NCBI GenBank assembly: GCA_047947115.1
Contig: CP170459.1
Span: 1,152,001 to 1,216,000, forward strand
Direction: 5' to 3'
Length of the DNA stretch: 64,000 bases
From: Verrucomicrobiota bacterium
GTDB lineage: Bacteria > Verrucomicrobiota > Verrucomicrobiia > Limisphaerales > AAA164-E04
The notes below the pieces were generated by a model. The model saw only the letters and a program-made list of their open reading frames with translations. It searched no databases and was not told the origin of the DNA. Positions within the stretch are counted from its first letter, which is position 1; each line of letters starts with the position of its first letter. The position numbers and the translations under genes are program-made. Positions 58,209 through 64,000 of the stretch are shown here, in pieces.

Positions 58209-59722
58209 CATGCGCGTCAGGATAAAGCCAGGAGGTTTTGTTCATAGTTTTGACGAGATCGTTTGTCATATTTGCATTGGTATCTCATTTGTATAGGGAT
58301 AGCATCGCTGACTTGTACATTCCACGCTTCAAAACACAGAGCCAAAAAGTAATCTCCCAGTAGAGCAGCCACTTTCAACATGCTCAAATGCGCCGCGTTG
58401 CAAGTCTGCCCCGGGGCAAGCCAGTCACGCTCTATCAAGTTTGTAAGAACGGTAATAAAAATGAGTCGTGCACAAACCACTATCCGGAGTTGCTCTGCAG
58501 AACCGTCAGGAACCTCGGTGATACGAAAATGGCTTTTCCATGCCTTAAAAATGGTTTCTATCCGCCAGCGCAAACCGTAGATCTTTGCCACTTCTTTTGC
58601 TGTGCATTCGTTCTGGGGAACATTGGTTGTGAATATCGCCCAACCAAGCAACTCCAACCTTTGGGCATTGGGCTTTCGCCTTTTATCACGATTGCTCTTG
58701 GCTTTGCGTCGCCGTTCTGCCGCGATCTCATCGGGAAGTTTGATGGCCACCAATCGCACGGGTAACTGCTTATCTGAGAGCAAAACATCAAAGTCCAAAT
58801 TTCCTAATCGTTTCAGTTTTTTGAGTAAATCGATTTTTTCTCCTGTGGCTGGGTCCCTCACTTCGATATCCAATCGGATTCGACTCAAATAATAGGCTCC
58901 AGCGTTTGCTATCTGTTGGAATGATTCTATCACGAAATAGCCCAAGTCACGGAGTATTAAGTCCCCCTTACGTATGACTTTCAAAATATCATAAGTTGCG
59001 GTTTGGTCGTTACGTCTAAATCCACTTATCCCGAAGTAGAGGAATTGTTGATTTTGTATATCCTGAATGGCTTGTATTTTCAGCGATGCAATTTTGGAAC
59101 CACTTTGGTTAGCCGAACCGGGAAAAGCAGCCGCCAGTTTCGAATTTACTTTGATGGTCGTGCTATCATGAACAAGGATTCGTGGAAATCGATTGAACTT
59201 GTTTGGGACGTTGCGGCCATTGTCTTTGGATTTGGCGCTTAATACTAGCGCCAGGATGCATTGAATATAATTCACAGCGCCCTGGTTCATTCGTTCCCAC
59301 AATGACTGTTTGGCAATAGTATTATTGCTCAAAATTCCCAACAAAGTCGCCCATCGACTCAAACTTGCGGTGCCTTGGCAAACCAATAGAATAGTCGCTT
59401 GTAGAAAAAATTCGGGCATTATTTTTCGCGGAGTTCGCAGGACAAAGCCGGTGGCGCGAGCAAGTGTCTGGAAATCGAAATCAGCGAACCAACCGGTTAA
59501 TGTTTGGGCACATCGGTGCCATTCATGAGGCAGGGAAACCCCTTGTGAATCTGGGAGTAAAGTCAAACATTTGGGTTGAGGTCTTGTTGTGTGTTGAAGA
59601 TCTGAAGATGATATTGTCTGACAAGGATTTGTTGGAGAGTCATTCGGAAAAGTAGAAAGCAAACTGTACATAAAAGTACAGCTTTATCGTTAAAAATAAT
59701 CATTTTTATCCTGACGCGCATG
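58209..59722 (-). mobile_element. Complete IS4-family insertion sequence with 10-bp target duplication
   Basis: Perfect 18-bp IRs CATGCGCGTCAGGATAAA; direct repeat CGCAGTTGCG at 58199-58208 and 59723-59732. Confidence 0.93.
58217..59671 (-). CDS. IS4-family transposase
   Basis: HDST, RDLGYF, and the YGLRWRIETIFKAWK (YREK) signature. True start may be further downstream. Confidence 0.92.
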   Translation of the reverse strand: MYSLLSTFPNDSPTNPCQTISSSDLQHTTRPQPKCLTLLPDSQGVSLPHEWHRCAQTLTGWFADFDFQTLARATGFVLRTPRKIMPEFFLQATILLVCQGTASLSRWATLLGILSNNTIAKQSLWERMNQGAVNYIQCILALVLSAKSKDNGRNVPNKFNRFPRILVHDSTTIKVNSKLAAAFPGSANQSGSKIASLKIQAIQDIQNQQFLYFGISGFRRNDQTATYDILKVIRKGDLILRDLGYFVIESFQQIANAGAYYLSRIRLDIEVRDPATGEKIDLLKKLKRLGNLDFDVLLSDKQLPVRLVAIKLPDEIAAERRRKAKSNRDKRRKPNAQRLELLGWAIFTTNVPQNECTAKEVAKIYGLRWRIETIFKAWKSHFRITEVPDGSAEQLRIVVCARLIFITVLTNLIERDWLAPGQTCNAAHLSMLKVAALLGDYFLALCFEAWNVQVSDAIPIQMRYQCKYDKRSRQNYEQNLLALS

Positions 59723-60004
59723 CGCAGTTGCGGGATCTACGAGATGAACAGGATTTACAGGATGATTTTTTGTGCAAGGAGACGTTTGGATAAATGAACA
59801 TCATCTGTGAAGAATGTTTCCCAGCTAAAATGGGTAGAACGTGCCGTCCCCGGCGCGTCCTTGTGGCCTACATGTTCACGAAAGCCGTGCAAAGGAAAAC
59901 CCAAGGGCATTGTACACTCCTCAACTGCCATGAGGCTATCAGTAATACCAGTAGTTGACACACTCCTTCACCCTTATTACCAATTAAATGAAGGGAGCGA
60001 TGCA

Positions 60005-60460
60005 ATGAGCAAAAATAAAGAGACTTCACAAGATGCCCCTTGTTTCGAGTGCGAGAGCGGAACTTTGGAAGCAGTGGTTCAAGATTTCGAAACGAATGTG
60101 ACCGGAATTGGGGATGTGGTTGTTCCGAATGTGCCGATGGAACGTTGCGATCAGTGCGGAGATGTCGTGATAGGCGACGCTGGAAACCGAATCATTGATA
60201 CATATTTTTATAAGCTTACTTCAGCGATAACACCCACTGAAATCCAGGCTTTTCTGGATAAGTATTCGATCACCCAAAAAGAGGCGGCGGAGATAACAGG
60301 TTATGGAGAGAAGAACATTTCCCGCTGGTTGCGAGGCCACATTCGTCCCTCCAAATCCGTGAGCAATAACATTCGTACCCTCCTTGCCAGCACGGAGGCA
60401 TTTGAAATTCTCAAAACGCGTAACTGGAAACATCCCGTGACGCATGAACCGGTCATTTAG
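60005..60460 (+). CDS. MqsA-family antitoxin (Zn finger + HTH)
   Basis: CFEC...CDQC, then ITQKEAAEITGYGEKNISRWLRG..PSKS; AAGGGAG upstream. Confidence 0.85.
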   Translation: MSKNKETSQDAPCFECESGTLEAVVQDFETNVTGIGDVVVPNVPMERCDQCGDVVIGDAGNRIIDTYFYKLTSAITPTEIQAFLDKYSITQKEAAEITGYGEKNISRWLRGHIRPSKSVSNNIRTLLASTEAFEILKTRNWKHPVTHEPVI

Positions 60461-60535
60461 GATCCTGTAAGAGGATTGCGCATCGAGATCCACGCAGTCG
60501 CGGGACAAGGTGATCCGCTCTGCCTCAAGCGCAAC

Positions 60536-61978
60536 CTACGCCAGGATGCCATTCACCACGTTGGCTTCGGCGTCGAGGCCGGTGAGGCGTTGGTTGAGGC
60601 CCTGGAATTTGTAGGTCAGTTTGCTGTGCTCGAATCCCATGCAGTGCAGGATGGTGGCGTTCAGGTCGCGGATGTGAACCGGGTTTTCGACGATGTTGTA
60701 ACTGAAGTCGTCGGTGGTTCCGTATGTCACGCCGCCTTTGATGCCGCCGCCGGCCATCCACATGGTGAAACAGCGCGGGTGATGATCGCGTCCGTAATCG
60801 GTGCGTTCGAGTTTGCCCTGACAGTAGATCGTGCGTCCGAATTCACCGCCCCAGACGACCAGCGTGTCATCCAGCAATCCTCTTTGTTTCAAATCCTGAA
60901 CCAATGCCGTGGCTGCCTGATCGATGTCTTTGCATTGGAGGGGCAGGTCGCGGGGGAGTTGTCCGTGGTGATCCCATCCGCGATGGAAGATCTGGATGCA
61001 GCGGACGTCGCGCTCGACCAGTCGGCGTGCCAGGAGGCAGTTGGCGGTGAAGGTGCCGGGTATTTTGGCGTCGGGTCCGTAGAGGTCGTAGATGTGATCC
61101 GGCTCGCCTGAAAGATCGGTGAGTTCCGGGACGGAAGATTGCATGCGGAAGGCCATTTCGTATTGGGCGATGCGGGCGTTGATTTCCGGATCACCGCTCA
61201 GGTTGAACTGTTTTTTGTTCATGGCGTTCAGACCATCGAGCATGGCCTTGCGGGTGTCCTGTGAGACTCCGTCCGGATTGGACAAATACAACACTGGATT
61301 TCCCTTGCTGCGCAAACGTACGCCCTGGTGTTTGGATGGCAGAAAACCCGAACCCCACAAGCGCGAAAACAATGCCTGGGCATCGCGTTTGGCAGTCCAG
61401 GAGGAGTTGAGCACGACGTAGGTGGGGAGGTTGAGGTTTTCACTACCGAGCCCGTAGGACAGCCAGGAACCGAGGCTGGGTTTACCGGGGAGTTGGACAC
61501 CGGTCTGGATCATCGTGATGGCGGGATCGTGGTTGATTGCATCGGTATGTACGGTTCTCACCACGGCGATGTCGTCGGCCATGCTGGCGGTGTGGGGTAA
61601 TAGTTCGGAGAACTCAGTGCCGGACTGACCGTGACGACTGAATTGATACATCGAAGGCGCGATGGGAAAACGTGTCTGACCGGATGTCATGGCGGTCAGT
61701 CGTTGGCCTTGGCGCACGGAGTCGGGCAGGTCGGTGTCGAACAGGTCGTGCATCTTCGGCTTGTGATCAAACAGGTCGATCTGCGAAGGCGCGCCGGACA
61801 TGAACAGGTAGATGATCCGTTTGGCCTTTGGGGTCAGGTTCGCATGTGCAGGTAATGAACCAAGCAGTTGTTGCGGCATCATGGACGCCAGGGCGCTGGC
61901 GCCCACACCCCAGAGGGTTTTGCCGAAGAAGGCGCGTCTTGAGAGATGTTGGTCGGTGGTCATTTCGGAAATGTTCAT
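60536..61978 (-). CDS. DUF1501 domain protein (Tat signal)
   Basis: [31 protein letters not shown]; paralog of 46737..48182. Confidence 0.92.
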   Translation of the reverse strand: MNISEMTTDQHLSRRAFFGKTLWGVGASALASMMPQQLLGSLPAHANLTPKAKRIIYLFMSGAPSQIDLFDHKPKMHDLFDTDLPDSVRQGQRLTAMTSGQTRFPIAPSMYQFSRHGQSGTEFSELLPHTASMADDIAVVRTVHTDAINHDPAITMIQTGVQLPGKPSLGSWLSYGLGSENLNLPTYVVLNSSWTAKRDAQALFSRLWGSGFLPSKHQGVRLRSKGNPVLYLSNPDGVSQDTRKAMLDGLNAMNKKQFNLSGDPEINARIAQYEMAFRMQSSVPELTDLSGEPDHIYDLYGPDAKIPGTFTANCLLARRLVERDVRCIQIFHRGWDHHGQLPRDLPLQCKDIDQAATALVQDLKQRGLLDDTLVVWGGEFGRTIYCQGKLERTDYGRDHHPRCFTMWMAGGGIKGGVTYGTTDDFSYNIVENPVHIRDLNATILHCMGFEHSKLTYKFQGLNQRLTGLDAEANVVNGILA

Positions 61979-61990
61979 GGTGCGTGTTCC

Positions 61991-64000
61991 TTAGTTCAGG
62001 GTCATGACTTCATCGAGGTTCAAAATCAGATTGCAGATCATGGTCATGCTGGCCAGTTCCGCGGCGGGTTCCTTCCAGAGAACGGGTGATTCCCCGGTTT
62101 GGATCAGTTGCTTGGCGGCATCTTCGTCCTGTTGATAGGTCGACAGATGTTTTTCGTAGAGATCGGTCAGGAGCTCGAGTTCGTCAAGCTTGAGGGATCG
62201 GCTGGCGGCCAGCTGCATGGCGTAGTTCAGGCGATCGGCGAGATCGGGTTTGGATTGTTCCATGACGCGTTCGGCGAATCGTCGCGCCGCTTCCACGTAT
62301 TGGATGTCGTTCATCAGATTCAAAGCCTGCAACGGTGTATTGGTGCGTTCGCGTCGCACGGTGCACGATTCGCGGTTGGGTGCGTCAAAGGTGGCCATCG
62401 AGGGAGGAGGGGAAGTACGCTTGATAAAAGTGTAAAGGCTCCGTCGATACAGCGCATCGCCACTATCCTGTACGTATTTCGCGGTGGTACTGCTTGGATA
62501 TGCGACGGCTTCCCATAGCCCCTCAGGTTGGTAGGGTTTGACGCCTTTGCCGCCCATTTTATCCACCAAAAGTCCGCTGATGGCCAATTCCGAATCACGC
62601 AACACCTCTGCGTCCAGTCGGTAGCGGGGCCCACGTGAAATCAATCGGTTGTCGGGATCTTTTTTCAACGCTTCGGGGGTCAACACAGAGGCTTGTTTGA
62701 ATGCTGCGGAGGTGACCAGTAAGCGGTGCATGTATTTCATGTCCCATCCACTTTCGATGAATTCGCGGGCCAGCCAATCCAGTAGTCTGGGGTGGGATGG
62801 CAGATCGCCCTGGGTACCGAAGTCTTCGGCGGTCTTCACCAGACCGGTTCCGAAATGTTGTTGCCAGAAGCGGTTGACGGTGACGCGTGCGGTTAAGGGG
62901 TGTGCGGGATCAACCAACCACTTGGCCAGTCCGAGTCGGTTCATGGGCTCACCCTGAGGTATGGAGGGGAGCACTCCGGGAACATTGGCGGTGACTTTCT
63001 CCGAAGGTTTGTCGTATTCACCGCGCACCAGGACAAAGGTGTCGCGCGGCTCTTTAAGCTCTTTGCTGACCAAAGATTGAGGAATGGACTTTTCGTAATC
63101 GTTTTTTGCCTTCCGGATCTTGTCCTGTTGAGCGTGCAGGGCATCGAATACAAACTTAGTTTCGGTGCAGACATGTTCCAGAAAATGATTCTTAAGGATC
63201 TCCAGCTCGGCATCGGTTCGTTCTTTCGAGGCAATGGAAGCCAGTTCTTGAAGATCTTTTGGAAGGCCGGCTCCTTTTGTTGCGCCAATAAACTCGAGCC
63301 AAAGTGCAAAGGAAGCAAATCCTTCTTCACCTTGGGGAATCATCGTGTGCAGTCCGGCATGATCCCAATAAACCGTGCCATCGTATTGACTGAAGGCCCA
63401 TCCATCAATGCGGTCACCGGGATTGATCCCGACTTGTTTGGCAGGGACTTCCAATCGCACCCAGCTGCCGGTTTGGGGGAGTTCACCCATCCATTGATGG
63501 TCGGCTCCATTTCCCTTGCCGTGTTCGATCAGATCCTCACCCCAGTAGGCGCGATGATTCCAGTCTTTGGTGTGGAACTGCAGCATGATGGTTTTGGGCG
63601 GGCGAAGTGCGTCCAGGTAAACATATGTAAAAAGCGTATCCCCTTCACCTGCCAACAACGGGGATGATGCTTCAGTGAAGAAATGTTGTTGCGAACCTTC
63701 GGCATGGCGACGGTGTGATTTGAGTCCGCTGTAGGCGGGGTATCCCGTGCCGGAAACAAATTGCCACCCGCCATCCGCATCGGAAGCTTTCGCCCCTGCG
63801 GGTAATGCATCTTCGATCCAGACGAAATCTTTTCGAGCTAGCGAAGTCTTGCTGTTGCCGGGGTCCTGGTAATCGACGGCGGCCAGCGACACTTTGATGG
63901 CTTTGTCGAGTTGTTCGATTTGACGATCAAATGCGGCGAGTTTTGCCCGGTCTTCGTCGGTTTTCAGTTGGACGGTGGGTGGGTAGATGAAAGCATTTCC
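61991..64000 (-). CDS. PSD1/DUF1553 planctomycete-cytochrome-type protein (5' end off window)
   Basis: Frame is open to the window edge; HPLTARVTVNRFW, PSHPRLLDWLA, YRRSLY, TNTPLQAL. Confidence 0.9.
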   Translation of the reverse strand, partial: GNAFIYPPTVQLKTDEDRAKLAAFDRQIEQLDKAIKVSLAAVDYQDPGNSKTSLARKDFVWIEDALPAGAKASDADGGWQFVSGTGYPAYSGLKSHRRHAEGSQQHFFTEASSPLLAGEGDTLFTYVYLDALRPPKTIMLQFHTKDWNHRAYWGEDLIEHGKGNGADHQWMGELPQTGSWVRLEVPAKQVGINPGDRIDGWAFSQYDGTVYWDHAGLHTMIPQGEEGFASFALWLEFIGATKGAGLPKDLQELASIASKERTDAELEILKNHFLEHVCTETKFVFDALHAQQDKIRKAKNDYEKSIPQSLVSKELKEPRDTFVLVRGEYDKPSEKVTANVPGVLPSIPQGEPMNRLGLAKWLVDPAHPLTARVTVNRFWQQHFGTGLVKTAEDFGTQGDLPSHPRLLDWLAREFIESGWDMKYMHRLLVTSAAFKQASVLTPEALKKDPDNRLISRGPRYRLDAEVLRDSELAISGLLVDKMGGKGVKPYQPEGLWEAVAYPSSTTAKYVQDSGDALYRRSLYTFIKRTSPPPSMATFDAPNRESCTVRRERTNTPLQALNLMNDIQYVEAARRFAERVMEQSKPDLADRLNYAMQLAASRSLKLDELELLTDLYEKHLSTYQQDEDAAKQLIQTGESPVLWKEPAAELASMTMICNLILNLDEVMTLN

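Noticed and set aside
59807..60004. N-terminal extension of the MqsA ORF
   Set aside because: Overlaps a REP-like element and promoter-like sequence; ATG 60005 has an RBS.
60476..61111. Plus-strand ORFs opposite the DUF1501 genes (also 46638..47018) that resemble each other
   Set aside because: Their similarity simply mirrors the paralogous genes on the opposite strand.

Overview
Chromosomal window from a PVC-superphylum bacterium, most likely Verrucomicrobiota. This is inferred from the gene content: a DUF1559-type prepilin-like gene, a PEP-CTERM protein, two DUF1501 plus PSD1/planctomycete-cytochrome pairs, sulfatases, a CotH-family protein and ebo genes. No rRNA, tRNA or CRISPR array was seen. 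The standout locus is an 11.5-kb co-oriented 8-gene cluster (29112-40664). It encodes three SPFH/HflK-HflC-like proteins, an atypical His-rich P1B-type ATPase, an ABC-2-type transporter (ATPase plus two permeases) and a membrane-anchored protein of unknown function, and there is no ftsH in the window. Also present: decaying two-component genes and a hybrid kinase lacking its H-box His; a PadR/VIT/PEP-CTERM operon; a DUF2868 plus GTPase pair; two large secreted proteins sharing a C-terminal motif; a partial ebo cluster; two TA pairs and an orphan antitoxin; two complete IS elements and an IS630 relic; and at least two families of intergenic REP-like palindromes. All family assignments come from recognising motifs by eye; no database search was run.
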